From assembly GCA_963764165.1 (NCBI GenBank), contig CAVXRD010000002.1:192001-256000 (forward strand): DNA of 64,000 nt, read 5' to 3'. A program made the position numbers and the translations under genes. This DNA comes from an uncultured Verrucomicrobiae bacterium. Its GTDB lineage: Bacteria > Verrucomicrobiota > Verrucomicrobiia > Limisphaerales > Palsa-1400. Below the pieces are notes generated by a model that did not search any database, was not told where the DNA came from, and saw only the letters and a list, made by a program, of their open reading frames with translations. Positions 9,326 through 21,200 of this stretch are shown piece by piece; the first letter of the stretch is position 1; the number at the start of each line of letters is the position of its first letter.

Positions 9326-11842
9326 GTGATTAAAGTGGATCCAATCCTGACCCAGCCAATCGCGGACGCTTCCCTGCCCTCGCGGCATCCAAGCGCGGAT
9401 GCTCATTTGCCGCGCCCGGAGCTGCTCGCGCCGGCCGGCGATTGGGAGTGCGCCCGGGCTGCGGTCGAAAATGGCGCGGATGCCATTTATTTCGGCTTGG
9501 ATCGTTTCAACGCGCGAATGCGGGCGGATAATTTCACTTCGGCGGATTTGCCAAAGTTGATGGAGTTCCTCCACAGTCGAGGCGTGAGGGGCTACGTCAC
9601 TTTCAACACGCTCGTCTTCGCGGATGAAATGGCGGCGGCGGAGGAATATCTTCGCACGCTCATCGCCGCCGGAGTGGATGCGGCGATTGTGCAGGACATC
9701 GGCGTTTGCCGGCTGATCCGCCAGCTCTCGCCGGATTTTCCGATTCACGCCTCCACGCAAATGACGATCACCAGCGCGGCGGGTGTCGAATTCGCGCGCG
9801 ATCTGGGCTGCTCGCTGGTGGTGCTGGCGCGCGAATGCTCTATGAAAGAGATCGGCAGGATTTCCGCCGCCGTCGAATTGCCATTGGAGGTTTTTGTGCA
9901 TGGCGCGCTTTGCGTGGCGTATTCCGGCCAATGCTTGACAAGCGAATCGCTGGGTGGGCGCTCGGCCAACCGGGGCGAATGCGCGCAGGCGTGCCGGATG
10001 CCTTACGAATTGATCAGCGACGGCCAGACGGTTCCTCTCGGCGACAAGCGGTATCTGCTCAGCCCCCAGGATTTGGCCGGATTGGATGTGCTGCCGGAAT
10101 TAGTGCGCTCGGGCGTGGCGTCCCTTAAGATTGAAGGGCGCCTGAAATCGCCCGAGTACGTTGCCAACATCACGCAAGTTTATCGCGATGCGCTTGACAA
10201 GGCATTTTCCAAACCGACGCCGGAGACACGCTACAAATTAGAGATGGCGTTTTCGCGCGGGCTTTATACGGGATGGTTCGGCGGCATCAACAACCAGGCA
10301 TTGGTGCATGCGCGTTTCGGAAAGAAGCGCGGCGTCTACTTGGGCGAAGTGGAGAGCGTGCGCTCCGGCAGCGTGCTCGTGAAGCTCGAAGCGCCGCTCA
10401 AGGCGGGTGATGGAATTGTATTTGACGCCGGACACCCGGACCAGGACGAGGAAGGCGGCCGCGTGACACATCCGAGCCATGCCGGGCCGGGCAATACGGC
10501 GGAAATCCGGCTGTTCGGCGAAGTGGATTTTTCGCGCGTCCATGCGGGCGACAAAATTTGGAAGACGAGCGATCCCGTGCTTGATCGGGAATTGCGCCAA
10601 AGTTTTTCGCAGGCCGCGCCGCAGTTTCAACGGCCCATCGATTTGGAAGTGCGCGGCCGCGCCGGAGAATTCATGACGGTAATCGCGCGTGACGAACAAC
10701 AATCCGTGGAGGCAAAATCGAATTTGCCGCTCGAGGCGGCGCAGAAACAGCCGATGACCACCGAGCGTTTGCGCGAGCACCTGGGCCGGCTCGGCGGGAC
10801 ACCCTTCCGCCTCGGCGCGCTGGAGAATAAGCTCCAAGGCGCGGTGATCTTGCCGATGAGCGAATTGAACCGGATTCGCCGCGACCTGGTCAGCCAAGTC
10901 GAGGCATTGCGCAAGGCGCCCAAGCGATGGACGCTTTCGGCGGCGCCCGCAGTCGTGAGTTTTTCCGGGCCGGAGAAGCCGCATGGCGAGCCGCGTCTCG
11001 CGGTCTTGGCGCGCTCGATGGAGCAATTGGAGGCCGCGCTCAAATTCGACTTGGCTACAGTTTATTGCGAATTTGAGGACCCAAAAAAATACCGCGACGC
11101 GGTGGGCCGTTTTCGCGAGGCGCAAAAGACGGGCGCGGCGCCGGCGGAAATTTTCATCGCGCCCCCGCGCATTTTCAAAACCGGCGAGGAGTGGATTCAA
11201 AGGCAGGTGCGCTCGTGCGATGCGGATGGCTGGCTTGTCCGAAATTACGACGATTTGATATTCTTCGCGGGCGCGCGCTGTGTCGGGGATTTTTCATTGA
11301 ACGTGGCCAATGCGCTGGCCGCCGATCATTTCAAGAACCACGCAAGCCTCGAGCGAGTGACGCCCTCCTACGACTTGAACGTTTTGCAATTGGAAGCGCT
11401 CTTGAAATCCGCCCCGCCGGAGTGGTTCGAGATCACGCTGCACCAGCACATGCCGATGTTTCACATGGAGCATTGCGTGTTCTGCGCGTTTCTTTCGCGT
11501 GGCACTGATTACACGAATTGCGGCCGACCGTGTGACAAGCATACAGTGCTGCTGCGCGATCGCGTCGGGATGGAGCATCCGTTGAAGGCGGATGCGGGGT
11601 GCCGGAACACGCTCTTCAATGCGCAGGCGCAGAGCGGAGCGGAGTACGCGCGGCGCCTGATGGATTTGGGGGCGCGCCGTTTTCGAATCGAGTTCGTCAG
11701 CGAGAGCGCGGCGGAAACCACGCGCGCCATCGAGAAATACCAGTCGCTGCTGCGCGGTGAAATCAGCGGAGCGGAACTGTGGCGCGAATTGAAAGCGCAT
11801 CATCGCCTCGGCGTGACGCGCGGGCCGATGGAGTCGTGGTGA
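9326..11842 (+). CDS. rlhA: Peptidase U32 family protein with DUF3656-type extension (RlhA-like 23S rRNA hydroxylase)
   Basis: PELLAPAG, HASTQM, EVFVHGALCVAYSGQCL.S....RSANRGECAQACR, LKIEGRLK; long C-terminal extension. Confidence 0.8.
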   Translation: MIKVDPILTQPIADASLPSRHPSADAHLPRPELLAPAGDWECARAAVENGADAIYFGLDRFNARMRADNFTSADLPKLMEFLHSRGVRGYVTFNTLVFADEMAAAEEYLRTLIAAGVDAAIVQDIGVCRLIRQLSPDFPIHASTQMTITSAAGVEFARDLGCSLVVLARECSMKEIGRISAAVELPLEVFVHGALCVAYSGQCLTSESLGGRSANRGECAQACRMPYELISDGQTVPLGDKRYLLSPQDLAGLDVLPELVRSGVASLKIEGRLKSPEYVANITQVYRDALDKAFSKPTPETRYKLEMAFSRGLYTGWFGGINNQALVHARFGKKRGVYLGEVESVRSGSVLVKLEAPLKAGDGIVFDAGHPDQDEEGGRVTHPSHAGPGNTAEIRLFGEVDFSRVHAGDKIWKTSDPVLDRELRQSFSQAAPQFQRPIDLEVRGRAGEFMTVIARDEQQSVEAKSNLPLEAAQKQPMTTERLREHLGRLGGTPFRLGALENKLQGAVILPMSELNRIRRDLVSQVEALRKAPKRWTLSAAPAVVSFSGPEKPHGEPRLAVLARSMEQLEAALKFDLATVYCEFEDPKKYRDAVGRFREAQKTGAAPAEIFIAPPRIFKTGEEWIQRQVRSCDADGWLVRNYDDLIFFAGARCVGDFSLNVANALAADHFKNHASLERVTPSYDLNVLQLEALLKSAPPEWFEITLHQHMPMFHMEHCVFCAFLSRGTDYTNCGRPCDKHTVLLRDRVGMEHPLKADAGCRNTLFNAQAQSGAEYARRLMDLGARRFRIEFVSESAAETTRAIEKYQSLLRGEISGAELWRELKAHHRLGVTRGPMESW

Positions 11843-11851
11843 AACAACGAA

Positions 11852-12592
11852 TTAACGGCCTTCGACATCAAGCAGCTTTGTCCGCTTCTTGATCGTGCGC
11901 AAGGTGGCAAAGATGGCAAAGCCCGCCAGAAAAATAACAAACCAGCTGGAGCTCACATGAAAATGGCGCTCAGCAAACGAATCGCCAACAACGTCAAATA
12001 CAAAAAACGTTCCCAGGATGAGAATAAACGCGTTGTATTCCCGCTGCAAAACGATGCGCCAGCTAAAACTGAAAGCTGAAGGCTGGTAGTGGCGGAAATT
12101 CGGTATGATGGACGGGGTCCGGGCGGCCCAAATCTCAAATTTCTCTCTGAAACGCTCCCGCAAGAACGCCTCCTCCGCAAGCATGATGCGCTCGTAATAA
12201 AGCGCATACAGGCAGGTCGTCAGCGCCGCCAGCCACCAGACATGCGGCCAGAGCGCCATGCCGAAGAACACGAGATAATTCCCCAAATAAAGCGGATGGC
12301 GGACAACAGAATATATTCCGGTCGTGTTCAAGGTATTGGCGACTTGCTCGCGGGTGTTGCGGCCAGAAGTTCCAATCGGAGCGCGTCCTATCGTCATGAT
12401 TCGAATCGCCAGGCCGGAGAAGGAAATCAACAGGCAAAAAATTTGCCACCACTCGTTCATTTGGTGGCTGGCGCCCAGATACGTGAACGTCGGCAAATAG
12501 GCAAGGAACACAGGAATCGCTATTATGGGAAGATAGCTCCTGTGCCGAAACAGCCACGAACCGTTCTGTTCCAACTGGTTGCGGAGTGTCAT
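11852..12592 (-). CDS. Isoprenylcysteine carboxyl methyltransferase/PEMT-family membrane methyltransferase (lipid A phosphate methyltransferase-like)
   Basis: LFRHRSYLP, GTSGRNT..QVA..LNTTGIYSVVRHPLYLGN, YYERIMLAEEAFLR. Confidence 0.8.
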   Translation of the reverse strand: MTLRNQLEQNGSWLFRHRSYLPIIAIPVFLAYLPTFTYLGASHQMNEWWQIFCLLISFSGLAIRIMTIGRAPIGTSGRNTREQVANTLNTTGIYSVVRHPLYLGNYLVFFGMALWPHVWWLAALTTCLYALYYERIMLAEEAFLRERFREKFEIWAARTPSIIPNFRHYQPSAFSFSWRIVLQREYNAFILILGTFFVFDVVGDSFAERHFHVSSSWFVIFLAGFAIFATLRTIKKRTKLLDVEGR

Positions 12593-12739
12593 TGCTCGAA
12601 CATAAATGAAGCTATCCGGTTTGAGGCGTTCCGTCGATATGAAAATTCTCGAAAAAAGATTGAACGAATTCGCCCATGCCGGAAGGAGAGACCGTAACGG
12701 GATGAATAGGCCGGCGACTTGGGCTCCCGCCCAAAGTGG

Positions 12740-13420
12740 CTACGCCGCGTGCGGAACGGCGACGCGATGCGACGGAATGGAGAGGACCACCGCGAACAAG
12801 CCGCTGGTCCCGACCGGCGTTGCGTCGACAGTTCCGCTCAGGCAAAACAGGCGGTCATGGACGAGCAGCTCGTCCAATTTCCGCGGCGCGGCCATCGCAA
12901 GTGTCGATGCCTTCTCGACCGTGGCGATGCGGAAGCGGACGAACTCGTCGGCTTCCTCGAGAGTGATGGTGGCTTCCTTGACGCCGTGCGGCGCAAACAG
13001 TTCGTTCACAATATCGCGGCAGACGGAGAAAATTTCGTTTGCCGCCGTCTGCGGAATTGTCACGGGCTGGGCGGGCAGTTGAACATGGCATTGGACGGTT
13101 TCACACGCGGCGCAGGCGAACCAGTTCAGCGCGTCTCCGATGCCCGTGTCGTCGGTCACGCGCGGCTGGAGCTCGTTCATGACGTGGCGCAGGTTCTGGC
13201 CGAGTTCGAGCACGAGAGAAGACCATCTGCCGCAGATAGCCGCCCAATTGGCCGGCGGATTGGAATCCATTTGCGCCATGGAAAGTTGGAGAGAAAGCAG
13301 AGTGAGCTGCTGGCTCATCTCGTCATGAAGGCGGCGAGCCAGCCGTTTCTGCTGCTGCTGGTGGAGCGACTGTTGACGAGCCAGAAGCTCCCGGCATTGG
13401 CCTGGGGTAGTAGTTGGCAT
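12740..13420 (-). CDS. Sensor-less, degenerate NarX-type (HisKA_3) histidine kinase-like protein
   Basis: LARRLHDEMSQQLTLL H-box and ELQPRVTDDTGIGDAL; ATP-binding G boxes not recognisable. Confidence 0.65.
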   Translation of the reverse strand: MPTTTPGQCRELLARQQSLHQQQQKRLARRLHDEMSQQLTLLSLQLSMAQMDSNPPANWAAICGRWSSLVLELGQNLRHVMNELQPRVTDDTGIGDALNWFACAACETVQCHVQLPAQPVTIPQTAANEIFSVCRDIVNELFAPHGVKEATITLEEADEFVRFRIATVEKASTLAMAAPRKLDELLVHDRLFCLSGTVDATPVGTSGLFAVVLSIPSHRVAVPHAA

Positions 13421-13562
13421 TTTCTCGGGCGCGTTAGCAGCAGCCGTAGTGCCAATGGCGCAAACCCCTTAACGCGGGCGCGCCCGCACGGCGAATTTGT
13501 AAGTGAAAGTGTCCAACTTCTATCGTGTTCCAGAATTGGGTGTCACAGAACTGGACGAAAGA

Positions 13563-13844
13563 TCACGCGGCCTTCGCCACAGCGGCCTTCCGGATCAACC
13601 GGGCGCCGTTGGTGCGCAGATACGCTTGGACCGCGGTAATGCCTCCCAAGCTGATCGGGACGCGCTTTTGATTTTGGAACAGCCGGTAATGAGCGAGCGT
13701 TTTGCCCACTTCCATGATCTCGATATGCCTGTCGGCCATCTTCCAAAGCTGGCCTTTGGCCAGAGGGACAATTGTCTCCTTGGTGGTTTTGGCTTTCTTA
13801 GGAGCCGCAGTCGAACGTTTTACCATTGTAAGGTCCATTTTCAT
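13563..13844 (-). CDS. Small basic hypothetical protein
   Basis: Lys-rich N-terminus followed by a compact globular segment LAKGQLWKM...HYRLF; start uncertain (13844 or 13826). Confidence 0.6.
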   Translation of the reverse strand: MKMDLTMVKRSTAAPKKAKTTKETIVPLAKGQLWKMADRHIEIMEVGKTLAHYRLFQNQKRVPISLGGITAVQAYLRTNGARLIRKAAVAKAA

Positions 13845-13991
13845 ACTCGTATCGCCGGACATTCGGAACGTGAGAATCCCAAAAAGGATTCCGTTGCGCC
13901 AGTGCTCCTCATCGAGCAACGACGTCTTCTTAAACACAATGAAAACTCATCCCGATTCGCTTGTGTCTGACGAAGGGGAAAATTGAGCGGT

Positions 13992-15014
13992 CTACGGATC
14001 GTTTGGCCGCTTGGGCATGACCAGCACACTAGGCCGTTCCGGAACTCCGTAGCGGGAGGCCCGGCTCTCGGTGGGCTTGGTAAAAAAGCTGCGGCTGGCC
14101 CAATGCTGGGGCTTCGAGGGATCCTGCGGGGCCGCAAAGCCGGGAATCGCACTGTTCTGGCCGCCCTCACGGGACGAATGCCACTCATTCGGTGTGTTAA
14201 ACGTCCCGCTGCCGATGGATCTGGTCAGGGAGTCACCTGCCGGCTCCGACCCATTGCCCAAACCGGCCGCCGCTGTTGGCTTGTAACGATCCGCAAATGC
14301 GCTTGCCGGCTCTGGATCGGCTTGCTCAGATGAATCCGACTTGGAAAATGCAAAGTGCGGGGCCGCTCCGGGTTCATGGTTGAAAATCTTGTTCCAGAAT
14401 GATCCGTCCCCCTGATTGGCTCCATCGCGGTTGAATCGACTCGGTTCCCGGGATTGCGATCCGTCCCGTTGGTTGTCCGCACTCGATCGTGAAGAAAGGG
14501 CATCAAATCCTTGTGCCGAACCGTAGATCGGATTATCAAAATGGTGGAACATTCCAGCGTCGTCCTGCGGCTGCCGCCCCCATACCCGGTCAACAGAATT
14601 CTTGAGAGCCGAAGTGTTGTTGGTGGGCTGAGAGGAGGATGCAGAAAGCAGGCCATTCGGATACTGTCCGTAGTCCCGCGAAAACGGATCATTTTGGTCG
14701 AATGAAGAATTTTCACCAGGTGTGTTCAAGTTCCATTCGTCACGCCGCGGCTTGCGGGTGATGATAATGCCACCAGACGAGGGAATCATGGCAGACTCAT
14801 CGATCAGGCCGCCTACTGCATCATGCGAAGGGGAAAATTTGTCACTGTCAGTGTCCTTCATTTGCACGACGGCGCGAGGCACGCCCAAGGGCACCGTGGA
14901 GGATGAGAATTCAATGGGATCCGCAGCGCAAAGATCCGGCTGTAGCAGGGCAAACGCCATGCTCCCTGCCATAAGAGCGATGCTGGCCGCCGAGTTGAAA
15001 CAACGAAACTCCAT
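13992..15014 (-). CDS. Hypothetical secreted, Ser/Asp/Pro-rich low-complexity protein
   Basis: Signal-peptide-like N-terminus (…MAFALLQPDLCA-ADPIEF); long ORF; start uncertain. Confidence 0.6.
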   Translation of the reverse strand: MEFRCFNSAASIALMAGSMAFALLQPDLCAADPIEFSSSTVPLGVPRAVVQMKDTDSDKFSPSHDAVGGLIDESAMIPSSGGIIITRKPRRDEWNLNTPGENSSFDQNDPFSRDYGQYPNGLLSASSSQPTNNTSALKNSVDRVWGRQPQDDAGMFHHFDNPIYGSAQGFDALSSRSSADNQRDGSQSREPSRFNRDGANQGDGSFWNKIFNHEPGAAPHFAFSKSDSSEQADPEPASAFADRYKPTAAAGLGNGSEPAGDSLTRSIGSGTFNTPNEWHSSREGGQNSAIPGFAAPQDPSKPQHWASRSFFTKPTESRASRYGVPERPSVLVMPKRPNDP

Positions 15015-15311
15015 AACCACGAGACTTACTTTGTAGGCCAAAAGGCCATTAAAGTCAACTCTCCGTATCATGTTTTTGTTTCCCAGTTGTTCGAGGCCGT
15101 TTTTCCCGCCGCGAAAGCTTAACGGAGCAGCGCCGTGAATCCGCAGGATGTGGAGCGGCATCCCGGCATGGGGCGGGCGCGGCTGCTACTCTGCCGATAA
15201 CCAGCCGCAATGAAGACACCCCAATTTTTGCGCCTCGTTAACAAATCGACTCTGCCTCGCCGTGGCTGGGCGCTTGAAAAAATTTGCCGCCTCGTTGAAT
15301 AATGCTCGTCC

Positions 15312-17471
15312 ATGGGCGAAATTCTTGATAGCAGGCAGTTGAAAGCCTTTTCCGTTCTTGCCACCACCGAGAGCTTTAAAGACACCGCGAAACTGCTTTC
15401 ATTAACTCCGTCGGCGATCAGCCACTCCATCAGCGCGCTGGAGGAGCAAGTGGGCTGCCGCCTGTTTGTAAAAATGGGCAAGAAAACCGTGCTGACCGAA
15501 GCTGGTGAAGCGCTGTTCCATCACTCCAATCGCGCCCTTGGCGAGCTGGATCAAGCCATCCGGACGCTCAGTTATTTTAACAAATGGGGGACGCGCCGGC
15601 TGCGATTGGCCGCGGAAGCGGCATTTCTTTCAGTTTTCCTTCCGCCGGTCTTGTTGAGGTTCCACAAGGAGTCTCCGCATATTTTGCTTCAGGTCGAATC
15701 TCATGACCCTGGCGAGCCATTCGATCGCCTGGGAAAAAACCAGGTTGACCTTATCTTGACCGAAAAGCCGGCGGGAACTGATGCGGTGGATTTCTATCCC
15801 CTGATAACGGATCGCTACCAATTGATCGCCAAGCCCGGGCATCCGCTCGCGGCTAAAAGCGGCCCGCTTCGGGATGAATTTGGCGAATATCCGTGCTTCC
15901 TGATCAAGAACTCCAGCCAGCATCGGAAGCAGGTGGAAGATTTTTTGTCCTACCACAAAGTCAACCTCAGCATCCTGGGGGAGATTGAAAATCTGGAGAT
16001 TGTCAAAGAAATGGTCAAGAACACGCTGGCCTTGAGTTTCCTGCCGGGCTGGAGCGTCAAATGGGAATTGGAGAATCAATCTCTCGTTTCTCTGCCGCAT
16101 GGCCGCGGTGTTTTCGAGCGGACATGGGGATTGGTGCATTCACGAAATCGCCCCCTTAACATGACAGAATCAACCCTGCTGAAACTGTGCAGGCGGCGGG
16201 CCGCGGAATCGGAATGGAAGCCCCAAAACACAGTCACGGTGGGCGTGCTTCACTCGTTAAGCGGAACGATGGCCATCAGCGAAACGTCCCTGCGCGATGT
16301 TTTGTTGTTTGCGTTCCATGAAATTAACAAGGCCGGTGGCATCAAAGTCGGCAACAAGGCGTATGCCATCGAACCGGTGGTCGTGGATGGCGCGTCCAAC
16401 TGGTCATTATTTGCGGAAAAGGCCAGGGAACTCCTGGTGGAAGACAAGGTGGCTGTCACCTTTGGCTGCTGGACCTCTGCCAGCCGCAAGTCCGTGCAGC
16501 CTGTTTTCGAGAAGCACAACGGATTGCTGTTCTATCCCGTGCAATATGAGGGCGAGGAAATGTCCAAGAACATCTTCTATGTCGCCGAGACATTCAACCA
16601 GCAAGCCATGCCGGCCGTCGATTATCTGCTCGCCAGGGGCACAAGGAAATTTTACCTGATCGGCACTGATTACATTTATCCGCAAACCACGAATTTGATT
16701 CTGTACAAATACCTTCTCTTGCACGGCATTCCGCCCGAAAGCATTGGCGGCGGCGTCCGCAAGGCTCCATCCGGCAACGTCATTTCCGCGGGAAAATACA
16801 TTCCTTTCGGCCACACGGATTTTGAGGATATTGCCGCGGAAATAAAGGCGTTCGCGGCTTCCGGCGAGGCGTGCGTGATCAACACGATCAACGGCGATTC
16901 CAACGTGTCCTTCTTCAAGAAAATCGCGGCGGAAGGATTGAGGCCATCGCACTGCACGGTGGTTTCGTTCAGCCTGGCGGAAGATGAACTCCGCAGCATG
17001 CCGACCAAGAATCTTGTCGGTGAGATCGGCTGCTGGAGTTATTTCATGTCGCTCAAAACACCCGCCAACAAAGCCTTCCTCAAAAACTGGTACAACTGGC
17101 TGAAAAACGAAAGCTATCCAGGTGTCGTCAGGGAAAAGCGCGCGGTGGACAGCCCGATCGTGCTTTCCTACAGCGGCGTTTACTTGTGGAAAATGGCCGT
17201 GGAAAAAGCCGGCACGTTTGATGTGGACACTGTGCGCAACGTGCTGGAATCAGGTGAAATCAGCTTCGAGGGCCCCGGCGGCAAAATCACCGTGCAAGCC
17301 AATCATCATTGCACCAAGAATGTTTACATTGGTGAAACGACCGCCAACGGCCAATTCAGGATTCGGGAAACCTTGCCGCAGGTTTTTGGCGAGCCCTTCG
17401 TCGCGGAAAAATTCCTCCTTGAACACTTGGATCAAAAGCTGTCCGCCGACAATGGCCACCCGATTGAATAG
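15312..17471 (+). CDS. LysR-type regulator fused to a urea/amide ABC substrate-binding (UrtA/AmiC-like) domain
   Basis: aa 1-~300 LysR HTH (LDSRQLKAF...[15 protein letters not shown]) plus effector domain; remainder [46 protein letters not shown]. Confidence 0.9.
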   Translation: MGEILDSRQLKAFSVLATTESFKDTAKLLSLTPSAISHSISALEEQVGCRLFVKMGKKTVLTEAGEALFHHSNRALGELDQAIRTLSYFNKWGTRRLRLAAEAAFLSVFLPPVLLRFHKESPHILLQVESHDPGEPFDRLGKNQVDLILTEKPAGTDAVDFYPLITDRYQLIAKPGHPLAAKSGPLRDEFGEYPCFLIKNSSQHRKQVEDFLSYHKVNLSILGEIENLEIVKEMVKNTLALSFLPGWSVKWELENQSLVSLPHGRGVFERTWGLVHSRNRPLNMTESTLLKLCRRRAAESEWKPQNTVTVGVLHSLSGTMAISETSLRDVLLFAFHEINKAGGIKVGNKAYAIEPVVVDGASNWSLFAEKARELLVEDKVAVTFGCWTSASRKSVQPVFEKHNGLLFYPVQYEGEEMSKNIFYVAETFNQQAMPAVDYLLARGTRKFYLIGTDYIYPQTTNLILYKYLLLHGIPPESIGGGVRKAPSGNVISAGKYIPFGHTDFEDIAAEIKAFAASGEACVINTINGDSNVSFFKKIAAEGLRPSHCTVVSFSLAEDELRSMPTKNLVGEIGCWSYFMSLKTPANKAFLKNWYNWLKNESYPGVVREKRAVDSPIVLSYSGVYLWKMAVEKAGTFDVDTVRNVLESGEISFEGPGGKITVQANHHCTKNVYIGETTANGQFRIRETLPQVFGEPFVAEKFLLEHLDQKLSADNGHPIE

Positions 17472-17504
17472 TTGACTGATCCTTGGTGAATGCAGGACAC
17501 GCAT

Positions 17505-18200
17505 TCATTCGAGGAAAAAATCGACGGTCGTCACGACGCGCAGCCGCTTCCATTCGGGAGAGGCGGCATCGCGATTCTCGATCTCGAACTCGCCTTGCGC
17601 GGCGTGGCGGATTCGGCCAACCGTCGCATGAGAATCCAGCGCGAATTTCTCGGCCGCCGCCCGGGCGTTTGCGGTGGCGTCTTTGATCATGCCCGGCTTC
17701 ACTTCGTTCAGCGCGTTGAAAATGAATTCGACTCTTTCCTGGCCTTCCTCCAACGTCACGCCCTTGGATAGCATGCCGTCAGCTTCCTGGATCGCTTTCT
17801 TGACAGTATCCACATTCGAACTGCGAACCACCAGCGTCACCGTTCCGCGATAGCGGACGAGGTTTGACTTCCTGGTGCGCTCGTCGATTCTATCGTTGAC
17901 AGTTGGAAGGCCGAAGGTGATTTCCTTGCTGTCGAACCCGTGCTCCTTGAGGAAGTCCAAGACGATTTGGCGGCTCGATTCCATGTTCTCTTTCAATTGG
18001 CCAAGATCCTCCGCGGAGACCGAAAAATGGATGGGCCAGATGGCGAGATTGGCCTTCTCCTCCTTTTCGGACAAGCCTTTGACGGAAAGGTAACGATCAA
18101 ATTCCCGCCCCAGCTTGACCGCCCGCCCCACTTGCACGCCGAATACAGCAAGTCCCAATGCCAGGCAAAGGCCCAGCGCCAAAAATGGGCGAGTGGTCAT
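17505..18200 (-). CDS. SIMPL/DUF541 domain protein
   Basis: N-terminal TM; RYLSVKGLSEKE..ANLAIWP, ATANARAAAEKFA.DS, K.LRVVTTVDFFLE. Confidence 0.85.
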   Translation of the reverse strand: MTTRPFLALGLCLALGLAVFGVQVGRAVKLGREFDRYLSVKGLSEKEEKANLAIWPIHFSVSAEDLGQLKENMESSRQIVLDFLKEHGFDSKEITFGLPTVNDRIDERTRKSNLVRYRGTVTLVVRSSNVDTVKKAIQEADGMLSKGVTLEEGQERVEFIFNALNEVKPGMIKDATANARAAAEKFALDSHATVGRIRHAAQGEFEIENRDAASPEWKRLRVVTTVDFFLE

Positions 18201-18215
18201 GCATCCTCCTCCGCT

Positions 18216-21200
18216 TTACGAGCAGCCAAGGCTCTCGCCGCAGTTCAGGCACTTGTAACACGCGCCATTGCGGACGGCCATGTGCCCGCAATTCGGGCAG
18301 GTCGGCGCGTCCATTTGGAAATGCGCCACGCTGTCGTTCAAGCTCGTCACCACGCGATGCGGCTCGTGCTTGGCGGCTCCGTTTCCTGAGCCGTTTCCAT
18401 TGCCATTGCCGATGCGAGCGGTCGCGTGGACAATGATTTCCGTGTCGTCCGACAGCGGAAGATCAGAAACCGGACGGTTTACTTTTTTTTTAATTTCCTC
18501 GGCCAGTCCAGGCATCGCCAAATCCGGCTGGTTCCGCGCCCGCTGCATTGTCTCCCGGTAATCCGGGATGAACTGCAGCGCCAGCCAGCGGAACACGTAG
18601 TCAATAATAGAAGACGCGTTGCGGATTTCCGGATTCTTCGTGAAGCCCGAAGGCTCGAAGCGCTGGTGCGCGAATTTCTTCATCAGCGCCTCCAGCGGCA
18701 CGCCGTATTGCAGGGCCAGGCTTGTCAGCGTCCCCACGCAATCCATCAATCCGCCAATCGTCGAACCCTCCTTGGCCATCGTGATAAAAAGCTCGCCGGG
18801 CTGCTGGTTCTCGAACAGCCCGACTGTCAAGTATCCTTCGTGCCCCGCGATGTCGAACTTGTGCGTGATCGCCGTGCGGGTGTCAGGCAAACGGCGGCGC
18901 AGCGGCTGGCCGGTTTGCGCGCGCAGCTTCGCCACTTCCGCTTCCAGTTCCTTCACGCGATCATCCACCGCCGGCGGATTTTCGCCTGACTCGTTTGTCT
19001 TGCGCGTGTTCAGCGGCTGCGAACGCTTCGATCCGTCACGGTAGATAGCCACGCACTTCAAGCCCATCTTCCACGCCTGGACATAAGCATCCTTGATGTC
19101 CTCCACTGAGCATTCGTTCGGGAGGTTGACCGTCTTGGAAATCGCGCCGCTGATGAACGGCTGCGTCGCGCCCATCATTTTCAGGTGCGCCATGTAGCTG
19201 ATGCTCCGCTTGCCGCGATACGCCTTGAACGCGCAATCGAACACCGGCAAATGCTCGGGCTTCAACCCGCTCCGGATCGTCACGCCTTCTTCGGTAAAAT
19301 CTTCAATCGTGTCAAATTTCTCGACGTGCGCGGCCATGGCGGCAATTTCCTTCTCGGCGTAACCGAGGCGCCGCAACGCATCCTGCACCCCGCGATTGAC
19401 GATCTTCAGCATGCCGCCGCCAGCCAATAGTTTATACTTGACCAACGCTATATCCGGCTCAACCCCCGTCGTGTCGCAATCCATCAGGAAGGCAATCGTG
19501 CCGGTCGGCGCCAGCACCGTGACTTGCGCGTTGCGGTAGCCAGATTGTTTGCCGCGGGCCAAGGCGCGATCCCAGCAATGCCGCGCTTCTTCCTTCAAAT
19601 AGGCGAACTCGCTGCTCGGATGAATGTTCTCCACTTCATCGCGATGCTGCTGGATGACGCCGAGCATGGAATCCACGTTGTCACGGCCCAGCGGTTTGGG
19701 AACATGCGCGCAACGCGCGTCCTTATATCCCGCAAACGGCCCCATCACCGACGCCACATCCGCCGATTGCTCGTAAGCGTGGCCGGTCATGATCGCGGTC
19801 ACCGCTCCCGCCAGGGCGCGTCCTTCGTCGGAGTCATACGGCAAGCCGTAGCTCATAATGAGCGAGCCGAGATTGGCGAAGCCAAGTCCCAGCGTGCGGA
19901 AGATGTGCGAGTTCTCCGCAATCTCCGCCGTCGGATAACTGGCGTTGTCAACAAGAATCTCTTGCGCAGTGATGTAAACCCGCACCGCCGCCTTGAAACG
20001 CTCGATGTCGAAGACCCCATCTTCGCGCTTGAACTTCATCAGGTTCAGCGAAGCCAGATTGCAAGCCGTGTTGTTGAGGAAAACGTATTCCGAGCATGGA
20101 TTCGTCGAGTGGATCGGCTCGGTCGCTTTGCAGGTGTGCCACTTCTGAATCGCGCCGTCGTATTGCAAACCGGGATCGCCGCAAGTCCAGGTGCCTTCCG
20201 CGATCTTGTGCAGCAATTTCGACGCTTCCTTCTTTTGCAGCGGCTGGCCGCTGACCTTGCGCGTCCACCATTCCTTGTTATCCAGCGCCGCCTGCATGAA
20301 TTCGTCACTCACGCGCACCGACAAATTTTCGTTCTGGTACATGACGCTGCCGTAAGCGTCGCCATTGTAAGAGCCGTCGTAACCCTGTTCGATCAAAGCC
20401 CAGGCCTTCATTTCCTCCTTCTGCTTGGCATCGATGAATTCCTCGATGTCGCCATGCCAGTCGCGCAAGGTGTTCATCTTGGCCGCGCGACGGGTCTTGC
20501 CGCCGCTCTTTACCACGTTGGCGACTTGATCGTAAACTTTCAGGAATGACATAGGCCCGCTCGGCCGTCCGCCGCCGCTGAGCTTCTCGCGGCTGGAACG
20601 AATCGGGCTCAAGTCCGTTCCCGTGCCGGAGCCGTATTTGAACAGCATCGCCTCGCTGTAAGCCAGATGCATGATGCTCTCCATATTGTCATCCACCGAT
20701 TGGATGAAGCACGCGCTGCCCTGTGGATATTCATATTGGGTGCGGGCGCGTTCTGTCTTTTCGGTCTGGCGATTGAAAAACCAATTGCCGCGGGCCGAAT
20801 CTTTGCCCACGCCATATTGGGTATACAAGCCGACGTTGAACCAAACCGGCGAATTGAACGCGCCATATTGATTCACGCACAGCCAAACCAATTCATCGTA
20901 AAAAACTTCGCCCTTGGCCGCGTCAAAATAGCCATCGCGAACGCCCCAATCGGCAATCGTCCGGCAAACGCGGTGAATCAATTGGCGGACGGACGTCTCG
21001 CGCTCCCCGGTATTCTGCTCGCCATAAAAGTATTTGGAAACGACGACTTTGGTCGCCAAAAGAGACCACGATTTCGGCACCTCAACATTTTCCTGCTTGA
21101 AAATGACTTTGCCACCATCATCAGTGATTTCGGCCGTGCGTTTGTCCCATTCGATTTGGTCGAAGGGCTTGACCTTGGCATCGCTGAAAACGCGGTCAAT

